In this document: in pieces, positions 56,763-64,000 of the stretch
How positions within the stretch are numbered: position 1 is the stretch's first letter
Layout: each line of letters opens with the position of its first letter
Virus record (IMG/VR): IMGVR_UViG_3300025141_000016
Span: 124,001-188,000 of that record
Length of the DNA: 64,000 bases
Direction: 5' to 3' (one strand)
Position numbers and translations under genes: made by a program
Notes under the pieces: generated by a model
Seen by the model: only the letters and a program-made list of their open reading frames with translations
The model's database searches: none
What the model was told of the DNA's origin: nothing

Positions 56763-57811
56763 GGCTTACTCCTCGGACCCGCTACGAGGGTCCAACCGAA
56801 TCGTCTGTCAGCGATTCCATTGTAGGGACCAACTCGGATGCAAACCTCCGAGTGGTCTTGGATGAACTTGTACACGTCGTCGCACAGGGAGCCAATGGCC
56901 AGCGAGATTGGGTTGAAGTCCCCGCTCAAATCCTCGGCTCCCCACACCTCCATGGCCCACTGGGTCGAGACAGCGGTGTCTACATGGGGCTCTCCAGCCA
57001 CGGCATTGACTCCCCGTGCTCGGAGTTGGTCGATCACCCCTTTCTGCACCACAGGGGAAATAGACACACGCCCTTGCGTAGTCCCCAGGGACATGTAGAC
57101 GTACCGCGCCCGTTGTTCCTTGTTCAAGGCGAGGGCGGAAGCTGGATTGAGGACCACCTTTCGGAGCGCAGGCTTCTGGCCCGCCATGTATTTGGGAACG
57201 CCGACCGGGACGGGTGGGAGGTTCTTCTTGGCAACCTCCAACGCCGTCTTCCGGTAGTCTTGGTCCTTCCCATCAATCTCTTTCTCGACCCTGCCCATGA
57301 TCCGCAAGCACACGTCAGAGTGGTCCTCAATGGCTTGCTTGATCTCCCCCTCCACTTCTTTGGAGGCTCGTTCCAACTGCATCCCTACGACCACCGGGTC
57401 ATGGGAATCGGTAAGGACAGGCACAGCCGGGTAACCCCCCTCGGGGATCGCTCCTACTCGTGCCTCGGGTACATCGCCATCAAGGGTGGACCGCTCTGCC
57501 AGAGCAGCCTCCAGCAACGGGTTGAGCATGTCCATCCCGTTGTCGTGCTTCATCAGGACAGGGATGCCATCAGGGTTGTCGGCCCCCTTCACCGTGATGT
57601 TGAAGGTATCGGTCAGCTTGCTCGATGCTCGGACCAGAGCCTCCCCATGACCTGCTTCCAAAGCCAGTTCGGACAGCTTGGTCATCGCCTCCATCGGGTC
57701 AATCGTGCCGGTGCGAAGCGCATCCAACACAGGAACGGCACCGGGGGTGCCTTCCAGCAAGCGGGTCACTTCAGCCATCACCTTCAAGGCTTCGCGGGTC
57801 TTATTGTCCAT
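56759..57811 (-). CDS. Hypothetical protein
   Basis: Long ORF with helical composition; start behind GAGAGAG. Confidence 0.75.
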   Translation of the reverse strand: MDNKTREALKVMAEVTRLLEGTPGAVPVLDALRTGTIDPMEAMTKLSELALEAGHGEALVRASSKLTDTFNITVKGADNPDGIPVLMKHDNGMDMLNPLLEAALAERSTLDGDVPEARVGAIPEGGYPAVPVLTDSHDPVVVGMQLERASKEVEGEIKQAIEDHSDVCLRIMGRVEKEIDGKDQDYRKTALEVAKKNLPPVPVGVPKYMAGQKPALRKVVLNPASALALNKEQRARYVYMSLGTTQGRVSISPVVQKGVIDQLRARGVNAVAGEPHVDTAVSTQWAMEVWGAEDLSGDFNPISLAIGSLCDDVYKFIQDHSEVCIRVGPYNGIADRRFGWTLVAGPRSKP

Positions 57812-58013
57812 CTCTCTGCTCCTTGTCTTTCCCACGGCCCCAGGGGAAAGGCGCGACTGTGTGGCCGCGTGTCACGAATACGGCGCGAAGGGTGCCTCGT
57901 TTGTTATTCCGTCGGATACGGATTTCGCTCTCGGGGGGGAAAGCCATCCCTCGGGCCTCCAATGCTTCCCGCAAGAGGGCTTCAATCTCATCATGTTCCA
58001 GCACGAGTTCCAT
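57801..58013 (-). CDS. Small hypothetical protein
   Basis: TGATG overlap; MELVLEHDEIEALLREAL.. Confidence 0.6.
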   Translation of the reverse strand: MELVLEHDEIEALLREALEARGMAFPPESEIRIRRNNKRGTLRAVFVTRGHTVAPFPWGRGKDKEQRDGQ

Positions 58014-58408
58014 CACATTTCCTGCCCTGGACCGAACAGGTCCAACAAAAGGGTGCCTTCCAATGGAGATCCTTCCCCATCCATAGGGTGCTCTTGGAAG
58101 TCGTTGGCGACCGACCTGCGACTGGCGATCACCTTCACCATCAGACTGATCTCCTCGACCCATGACGGGGGGTAGACCGCTTTGAGATGGGTGCCGTTGC
58201 CAAACCGCTTCTGGATGAGGGCGAAAGGAGGGTGCGACAGCCCTGTGCGTTCTTTCCACCGCGAGGCCATACGGCTTCCGACCTCCCATGCCTCACGCTT
58301 GGTCAGGTCACGTCCGAGCACCGTTTCTCCAACGATGCACACGTCCACCCATCCGGGGAGCACAGAGAGAGCCTTGATGACTTCTTTCTCGCTGACGCTT
58401 TGACCCAT
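58013..58408 (-). CDS. Hypothetical protein
   Basis: ATG behind AGGAGG. Confidence 0.7.
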   Translation of the reverse strand: MGQSVSEKEVIKALSVLPGWVDVCIVGETVLGRDLTKREAWEVGSRMASRWKERTGLSHPPFALIQKRFGNGTHLKAVYPPSWVEEISLMVKVIASRRSVANDFQEHPMDGEGSPLEGTLLLDLFGPGQEM

Positions 58409-58419
58409 GTGTGCCCTCC

Positions 58420-59412
58420 TTATTTCTTCTTCTTACCGGAGCCGAAGGTCACGCGACCCCCCACTTCAATGACGCGATCCTTTGGCTTGGCCGGAGCCCA
58501 TGGGTCAGTCTCCTCGGCAACAGGGGGAGGGGCCTCCCCTCCGACCATGATCCCCCCTTGGGGAACAGAGGTGTTCATCCTCGTGGGGACGGGTTGAACC
58601 GGGGCAGCCACAGGGGGCGGGGAAGGATCATTGGCGGGCTCCACTACCTCGCGGGGTGCGTTCGCGATCCGAAAGGCGAGATCGCGAGCGTGCTTGCATG
58701 GGTTCTCCCGTGACGGGCACCCACATTCCCACCGCTCATCGGCATGGAGCACCACCTCGTAGATGGGGTGCTTGCCATCCTTCCCCACGGAGTCTCCCCG
58801 AACCTTCCATTTCCCCTCGATCTGGGGCTGTGTCGATTCCGACACTTCCGATTCTCGGCGTTCAACCTCCGCTTTCGGGGAGGGATAAGATTTCTTATCC
58901 TCGGGTAAGATTTCTTGTGCTGCCGAAGAGTCGGACTTGTCCGACTGTGGGGTCACTGTTGTAGGGGGCGTGGGGTCATTAGTGGGGTCAGCCTGGGGCT
59001 CGGGATCAGGCTCGTCAACTGGAGGGGATTCCGCCTGAAATGCAGCGGGGGGAGTCACCACTCCCATCATCTCCGCAGCCGCTCGGCCTACCTCGGCATC
59101 GGTGACGGGTTCCCAGTCTCCCTTCCTGTCTGAAATCTCCAACGCGATAGCGTGGCGCATCATGTCTCGGAAGTCGGGAAGGCCCATGTCCTCGGCAGTC
59201 CCCGGAGGGGCGAACTGCGGATTGTGGAGTAGGCGGTCTTCCTGGGTCAGCATCCGTTGGCTCCACTTCGATCCCCCTCCCCGACTGTTGCTACAGCCTG
59301 GGTTCAGACAGACGTTGCAGAACATCTGCTTGAACTGCTCGGGGGCCAACAGCTTCCGGTGCTCACCGTCGTAGCAACCGTCCCATAGGTCGGGGAGGGT
59401 CTTCTTGGCCAT
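58420..59412 (-). CDS. SWIM zinc-finger protein with Cys-rich N terminus and Pro-rich linker
   Basis: WECGCPSRENPCKH (CxC-x6-CxH); TGATG overlap with thymidine kinase. Confidence 0.7.
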   Translation of the reverse strand: MAKKTLPDLWDGCYDGEHRKLLAPEQFKQMFCNVCLNPGCSNSRGGGSKWSQRMLTQEDRLLHNPQFAPPGTAEDMGLPDFRDMMRHAIALEISDRKGDWEPVTDAEVGRAAAEMMGVVTPPAAFQAESPPVDEPDPEPQADPTNDPTPPTTVTPQSDKSDSSAAQEILPEDKKSYPSPKAEVERRESEVSESTQPQIEGKWKVRGDSVGKDGKHPIYEVVLHADERWECGCPSRENPCKHARDLAFRIANAPREVVEPANDPSPPPVAAPVQPVPTRMNTSVPQGGIMVGGEAPPPVAEETDPWAPAKPKDRVIEVGGRVTFGSGKKKK

Positions 59413-60026
59413 CAGCCTCTCCTCCCCCTCGCCCAACAGAGACGGCAACGGGCCTCATAGACTCCCGCTGCCCCAACCTGTACCAGTTCCCCCGTCGAGC
59501 GTTCGGGGATCCTGTACGAGCGCGTGGCTGGGTTCCCGCACACGGGACGGTCATACTTATCGACCACAGCCACGCACACGGCGGTCAGTTTGGTCACCTT
59601 GTCAGCACGAGCGAGGAGTTCGGCCATCGGCCCAAAGGGCTCGCCATTGGAATCGAGATCGAGCCCCGCCACAATGACCCTACGCCCTCGGTTGGCTTGG
59701 TCCTCCAACACCTCTACGACCTCGGGGTCCATGAACTGCACCTCGTCTACGCCCACTACCTCACCCGTGAGCGAGAAAGGATGGATAGCCAACGCCGCTT
59801 TGAGTTCAGCCACGGTAGAGACAGGGATCGCCCGAAAGGACTCGGAAGGTGTTTCCACACCGCTCACCACGACAGGGTGCGTGGCGATGCCCTCGGTCAC
59901 ATAGCGGTCATCCAGCGAAGGCTTGAACGCTTGGACATGCTGACCCGCGATCACACATCGTCGGAGCCGACGGATCAGTTCCTCGGACTTCCCCGAATAC
60001 ATGCAACCAGCAATCACTTCCAACAT
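59412..60026 (-). CDS. tdk: Thymidine kinase (type II, Zn-binding lasso)
   Basis: GCMYSGKSEEL P-loop, VDEVQF, VAGLDLD..PFG, KLTAVC..C..ATRS..YEARCRLC. Confidence 0.93.
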   Translation of the reverse strand: MLEVIAGCMYSGKSEELIRRLRRCVIAGQHVQAFKPSLDDRYVTEGIATHPVVVSGVETPSESFRAIPVSTVAELKAALAIHPFSLTGEVVGVDEVQFMDPEVVEVLEDQANRGRRVIVAGLDLDSNGEPFGPMAELLARADKVTKLTAVCVAVVDKYDRPVCGNPATRSYRIPERSTGELVQVGAAGVYEARCRLCWARGRRG

Positions 60027-60388
60027 CACCCACCCACCTGCTTGTAGAAACGACTCGTGCCGCTCTGTTCATCCAACACACCCACAGGACAACGGGGGAC
60101 GCACCCCCGTCGGCACCCTGGAAGGTGCTGGAGGATGAGATTCCCCGGCCACCTGCCTTGCTTCTGGCCTTTGGTCTGGTGGGTGGTGAACCCACCCTCA
60201 TACTTGCCGTACACCTTGTCATCGGCGGTGGCGGCTCCGGCTCCCTGTGTATGGGTCGTCAGCACTTCACCTGTCCGACAGGCGATCCGAGAAGCATCAA
60301 TGTTCAGCCCCCCACACCCATGCCGGAGGGTGTTGGCCGCGACAGTGCCCTCGGACAAGGGCTTCCGTAGGACGTGGACAACCCTCAT
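60026..60388 (-). CDS. Stand-alone DNA methyltransferase variable-region module B
   Basis: VLRKPLSEGTVAANTLRHGCGGLNIDASRI..GRWPGNL..CPVGVLDEQSGTSRFYK; matches the internal segment of phage beta-class N4/N6 MTases; paralog of 61480-61836. Confidence 0.75.
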   Translation of the reverse strand: MRVVHVLRKPLSEGTVAANTLRHGCGGLNIDASRIACRTGEVLTTHTQGAGAATADDKVYGKYEGGFTTHQTKGQKQGRWPGNLILQHLPGCRRGCVPRCPVGVLDEQSGTSRFYKQVGG

Positions 60389-60981
60389 TGGCCGAGTCCT
60401 GGCTTCTCCAGAAACCAGAGACGGTCAGGGTTCGTGTAGGTGTGGGTGAGTTCCTCCCCAGCATCAATGTTCCGCTTGGCATAGAAGTCCACAAACCGAC
60501 GATTGGTGTCAGGGTCAATGTAGGGTTCGTGCCGGAGGTTGGAGTGCATGGACCGTTCGTGGTTGTAGAGCATCCCGTAGCCCAGCAGGAGAACCCGATA
60601 CTTCTTCGTTGTGTCCTCTGCTTCGTCCACGATCCAAGGGAACAACATGTGCCCAAGCCTGATGTTGTCTTTTGAATCCGAATACGGAGCCATCGCCAGA
60701 GCGAGTAAGTGGGGGTTGACTTCCACGACGAACGCGGGGCAGCGTTCTACGAGTGACTTCTCGGGGATAAGGAGCGAAGTTACCACCCCCATCCCGCGAC
60801 CAGAAATATGTCGCAGTTGAAGGTGGCTGTTCTGCCCCAGCGGGATGAAGTCTCGTCTCTGACGATCACCCATGTCCTTCCCGCAGAAGCGACAGTTAGG
60901 AAGCGCATCCGAAAAAGAACTGATCTGACGGTATTCGTTGAGCATCCCACAGTGGGGGCATACAGCTTGCTTTATGTCCAT
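60385..60981 (-). CDS. Zinc-ribbon plus SET-domain protein (putative protein lysine methyltransferase)
   Basis: CPHC..CRFC; GRGMGV..VERCP..LGYGMLYNH..FYAKRNIDAGEELTHTY. Confidence 0.85.
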   Translation of the reverse strand: MDIKQAVCPHCGMLNEYRQISSFSDALPNCRFCGKDMGDRQRRDFIPLGQNSHLQLRHISGRGMGVVTSLLIPEKSLVERCPAFVVEVNPHLLALAMAPYSDSKDNIRLGHMLFPWIVDEAEDTTKKYRVLLLGYGMLYNHERSMHSNLRHEPYIDPDTNRRFVDFYAKRNIDAGEELTHTYTNPDRLWFLEKPGLGQ

Positions 60982-60988
60982 TTCTGCA

Positions 60989-61483
60989 TCACCCCAAGTT
61001 GAATCCGTCGCCACGCACAACGATCACATGGCGGCCTTCCCGCCATGCTGACAATACCCGCAGGAAAGTCTCGGCTACCCCTCTCGGGGTGCCCTCCGAG
61101 AGAGGGGGTTCGTAACATTCGGGGGGGCCTTCCTTCCGCCGATACCCCCTCCCGCTGAATCCCCCCGGTCGGCAGAGGGGGGCCTTCCACCCAATGCAGT
61201 TGCCTTTGAGAGCACACTCCCCTTCCTCGGCACTGACCCGACGCGCACTCGCTCGGGGATCACGCCCGAGTTCCTGTACCAACGGATGAAGCCGCCCATG
61301 TAGGGCATGAGACAACGCCTCGGCGGGGATCTCCTTGATCCCGCCTTCCCATGACGTGCCCCGCACCGACTCCAGCGCCCCCCAGTGGTCCGACTCCTCG
61401 GGGACGAACTCGATGAGCAGCAGCACCTTTTCGGCCTTGTGGTCCGGCAACGGGTCCGGGTCGGTGAGGTCAATGAACCTCAC
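60989..61483 (-). CDS. Hypothetical Cys-containing protein
   Basis: GTGA overlap with module A stop. Confidence 0.65.
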   Translation of the reverse strand: MRFIDLTDPDPLPDHKAEKVLLLIEFVPEESDHWGALESVRGTSWEGGIKEIPAEALSHALHGRLHPLVQELGRDPRASARRVSAEEGECALKGNCIGWKAPLCRPGGFSGRGYRRKEGPPECYEPPLSEGTPRGVAETFLRVLSAWREGRHVIVVRGDGFNLG

Positions 61484-61836
61484 TTGCCACCCCCAACCTG
61501 CTTGAAGAACCGCGATTCACCCAGTGCAGCAACAGGGCACCCTCCAGCGCAAACACCCTCACAGCCATCGAGGTGTTGAAGGATGAGGTTCCCCGGCCAC
61601 CGCCCTGTGGGTTGCTGGAAACTCCCAGCGTTGCCTTGCTCCCCCCGCTTGTACCGCCAGTTCTCGGCACCATCCCAACGCTCCGTGGGGTTCTCCGCGT
61701 AGGCCCCCCCGTTGAGGTTGTCATCGGTCGAGATACGAGAAACGCCAATGTTCAAGCCTCCCGTACCGTGCTTCACGGTGTTGGCGGCAACCGTCTTCTC
61801 GGACAGGGGTTTCCGTAGGACGTGGATTACCTTCAT
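61480..61836 (-). CDS. Stand-alone DNA methyltransferase variable-region module A
   Basis: ATGA overlap with the catalytic half; VLRKPLSEKTVAANTVKHGTGGLNI..GRWPGNL..CPVAALGESRFFK. Confidence 0.75.
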   Translation of the reverse strand: MKVIHVLRKPLSEKTVAANTVKHGTGGLNIGVSRISTDDNLNGGAYAENPTERWDGAENWRYKRGEQGNAGSFQQPTGRWPGNLILQHLDGCEGVCAGGCPVAALGESRFFKQVGGGK

Positions 61837-62696
61837 GCGGGCTTCCGGCCAACGACAACAGGCTCCCAACTCGGTTTCAAGGCGGTTCCCCACGAAGTCC
61901 ACTGACGGGCTTCGGGTGTATGAGGCAGCGTCACCGGCATCTCGCTCGGCCCATCACTGCTGAAGGCCACACCGGGGACGACTTTCTTGAAACCGATGAC
62001 CTCGCGCTCGGCTTCGGCAAAGAACCCGTCGAGTTCTGCCTCCCTGTCGGTGCCTTCAACCCCCAACACCTGCTTCATCACCTGCCACTTGGCTTGTGAG
62101 GGCAGCACGTTGAACCACGGATCGGGCTGCTTTCCCGGCTCCGGGTACGACAGGTAGTTGCAGGCACGGAACCCACACTCCCGATCAATGGCCTTGCGGC
62201 TCTTGCCCGAAGCATCGAACAGGGCGCGTAGTTCCTTTTTCAAGACCACGATAGAGACATGGATCCGGCCCTGGTGCTTATCGAGAGCCTTTCCTATGGA
62301 CATGGATTTCGGGAACCCGCTTCCGTAGGTCCATGCTTCCAGGCGCAGGTCCACGAGGCCAACCTCGGCCATCGCCGCTGTCATACGGTGAAACGTGCGA
62401 GTCCCACTGAACGCCTTGACCACCCCTCCGGGGCGAAGGACACGGTAAATCTCATCCCACAGCGTCAGGGAAAACGCGATGCCAGTACCATCCCAAGTCT
62501 TGCCCATGAACCCCCGACGATCCGTGCCCACACGAGCGCGTCCATACGGGTTGTCCACGAACTGACGGGAAGACCCCCCACGGCTCACCGAGGTCAGGTC
62601 ATAGGGGGGGTCGCAGACCACAGCCCCAACTGACCCTTCCTCATATTCTCGGAGCACCTTCACGCAATCTCCGTATCGTAAAGTCAACGTCTGCAT
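61833..62696 (-). CDS. DNA N4/N6 methyltransferase N-terminal (catalytic, DPPY) half with HTH-like insert
   Basis: GDCVKVL..VVCDPPY..FMGKTWD..YRVLRPGG..WTYGSGFPKS..GTALKPSWEP..RKP; no FxGxG motif. Confidence 0.85.
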   Translation of the reverse strand: MQTLTLRYGDCVKVLREYEEGSVGAVVCDPPYDLTSVSRGGSSRQFVDNPYGRARVGTDRRGFMGKTWDGTGIAFSLTLWDEIYRVLRPGGVVKAFSGTRTFHRMTAAMAEVGLVDLRLEAWTYGSGFPKSMSIGKALDKHQGRIHVSIVVLKKELRALFDASGKSRKAIDRECGFRACNYLSYPEPGKQPDPWFNVLPSQAKWQVMKQVLGVEGTDREAELDGFFAEAEREVIGFKKVVPGVAFSSDGPSEMPVTLPHTPEARQWTSWGTALKPSWEPVVVGRKPA

Positions 62697-62706
62697 CCCA
62701 CCCCCC

Positions 62707-63522
62707 TCAAAAGCCAAACAGATCGTCAAGAGTCAACGTCACGGGTTTCCCCTCCTGGGCTTTCTTGATGGTGTCCAGATCCGACGTGACCTTCGCAGCG
62801 TTCCACCCAGCTTCACGGGTGTTCCAATGACGAACGCGGCCTTCCGCGATGGTGAGGTATTCCTCCCCCATCTCGATACCGATGAACTCATGCCCCGTTC
62901 GGAGACAAGCGATACCTGTCGTCCCTGACCCCATGAAGGGGTCGGCCACCACAGCATCCTGGGGCACGTCTGCCAACAGCCTCTCCATGATCCCGATGGG
63001 CTTCACGGTCGGGTGGATGTTCCGGCGTTTCTGGACTCGGTTCAGGCCGATGCCTTGGGCCGCTTCGTAGTCCTCACCATCAGAGATGGCCCCTTGTGCT
63101 CCCCCTGACATGCCGAACACCTGCTCGGGGAGATGGTCGAGCCCTTCCTCTCGCTCGGAACGGCTGGCCTTGGCGACGTAATGAAGGTGGTCCCCATCAC
63201 CGGGCTGGTCGGGGACCATGATGCAATCACGGACCTCAAAGCCTCCGTCCTCGGCGTAGCAAGCCCCCGTGTGTCCCGTGGGCTCGTCGTCGGGTGCCGC
63301 CAACATCAGGTGACCCCCTGGTTTCAGGACGCGGTGCGCTTCCTTGATCGCCTGGAGGTCATCGAGAGGGCTCTCCAACACGATGCCGTGGACGCTCTCA
63401 TCCTCATGCCCGGACCAGTCATAGCCAGGAGTTGCATGGATGAAGACCCCATCGATCCCCTCTGGGTCGCCAGGGGTGATCATCGTCCGCAAGTAGTCCA
63501 CCAGTTCAAAGTGCAGGCTCAT
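62707..63522 (-). CDS. DNA N4/N6 methyltransferase C-terminal (SAM-binding) part with degenerate catalytic motif
   Basis: YVAKASRSER..HPTVKP..DPFMGSGTTG..FIGIE..YLTIAEGRV; VLESPL sits where DPPY is expected; ATGA overlap. Confidence 0.85.
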   Translation of the reverse strand: MSLHFELVDYLRTMITPGDPEGIDGVFIHATPGYDWSGHEDESVHGIVLESPLDDLQAIKEAHRVLKPGGHLMLAAPDDEPTGHTGACYAEDGGFEVRDCIMVPDQPGDGDHLHYVAKASRSEREEGLDHLPEQVFGMSGGAQGAISDGEDYEAAQGIGLNRVQKRRNIHPTVKPIGIMERLLADVPQDAVVADPFMGSGTTGIACLRTGHEFIGIEMGEEYLTIAEGRVRHWNTREAGWNAAKVTSDLDTIKKAQEGKPVTLTLDDLFGF

Positions 63523-63845
63523 GCGCCCCCCTTGGGCTTCAAGAGTTCTTTCAGCACATCCATGACGGGTTCTCCCCACGCTTCTTCCGTCATCACCGCT
63601 CGGGTCACCGAGGGCGAAGCGTAGGGGCACGCGGGGCACCCCAAGTAGGTACAGATGCCCTTGCCTCCACGGAGTTGGGGCATCTCGGCATCCACAACCA
63701 CGGAACACAAGTGGCCCCCACAGTTGGGACACGGAGGGGTGTCTGCTGGAGCACGCTCCCAAGTAGGGGTGCCTGTGGGTTCGGGGTCAGGGAGTCCGTA
63801 ATCGCGCAGGCTCATGGCTTGTTCCGAGGTCAGAGGGTGTGCCAT
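63519..63845 (-). CDS. Small zinc-finger protein
   Basis: CPNC..C..C..CPAC. Confidence 0.65.
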   Translation of the reverse strand: MAHPLTSEQAMSLRDYGLPDPEPTGTPTWERAPADTPPCPNCGGHLCSVVVDAEMPQLRGGKGICTYLGCPACPYASPSVTRAVMTEEAWGEPVMDVLKELLKPKGGA

Positions 63846-63879
63846 CTGTACCCGAGAGGGAGGGAGCCACAACCCCCCA

Positions 63880-64000
63880 CTACCAGATGGAGTCAGTGCG
63901 AGGCACCGGCTGGCCGTGCTGGCGCACCATCACGATCCCAACGACAATGAGAACCCCCACGCACAACCCCAGATGGACCGGAATGTAGAGGATCTTCTTC
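63880..64000 (-). CDS. 5'-truncated membrane protein
   Basis: ..KKILYIPVHLGLCVGVLIVVGIVMVRQHG..IW*; runs off the window edge. Confidence 0.55.
   Translation of the reverse strand, partial: KKILYIPVHLGLCVGVLIVVGIVMVRQHGQPVPRTDSIW

Noticed and set aside
61480-63522. MTase region as a frameshifted pseudogene
   Set aside because: Permuted gene order, duplicated junction motif, clean start/stop overlaps and a second intact variable module are not expected from simple decay; kept as the alternative hypothesis in findings
1-64000. Stop-codon reassignment, inteins or group I/II introns
   Set aside because: Genes read through intact under the standard code at high coding density; no intein or homing-endonuclease signatures were noticed in the recognisable enzymes

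Overview
High-GC fragment of a large (jumbo-like) tailed bacteriophage genome, probably a myovirus. No capsid, terminase, portal or sheath gene was recognised in this window, and the host cannot be assigned from sequence alone. Layout: (i) 1-6.1 kb, multidomain 'polyvalent' proteins whose modules (ART-like, GNAT, zincin, papain-like, NUDIX) are separated by a recurring basic motif, ~R-x-A-S-x-x-R-V-A-x-R-[FY]; (ii) 6.1-11.9 kb, an actin-like ATPase, a DEDDh exonuclease, and cold-shock and HeH-like proteins; (iii) 11.9-15.7 kb, an accessory island (Hc1-like protein, DUF3846-like, DHH-like, thermonuclease); (iv) 15.7-46.2 kb, a tail/baseplate module (tube, chaperones, tape measure, two tube-initiator paralogs, hub, spike, a 3818-aa giant protein); (v) 46.3-49.7 kb, two more motif-bearing proteins; (vi) 49.8-51.8 kb, an FmdB zinc ribbon and a type II glutamine synthetase; (vii) 51.9-55.6 kb, minus-strand single-gene cassettes each driven by a repeated hairpin-promoter; (viii) 55.7-64 kb, a translationally coupled minus-strand operon with thymidine kinase, a SET-domain protein and a DNA amino-methyltransferase apparently split into catalytic, SAM-binding and two alternative variable-region polypeptides. 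The most notable candidates for new biology are the split methyltransferase, the motif-delimited polyproteins, and three distinct promoter motif classes. All domain calls come from visual motif recognition; no database searches were run. Many starts were re-chosen from the ORF track using RBS and overlap evidence.
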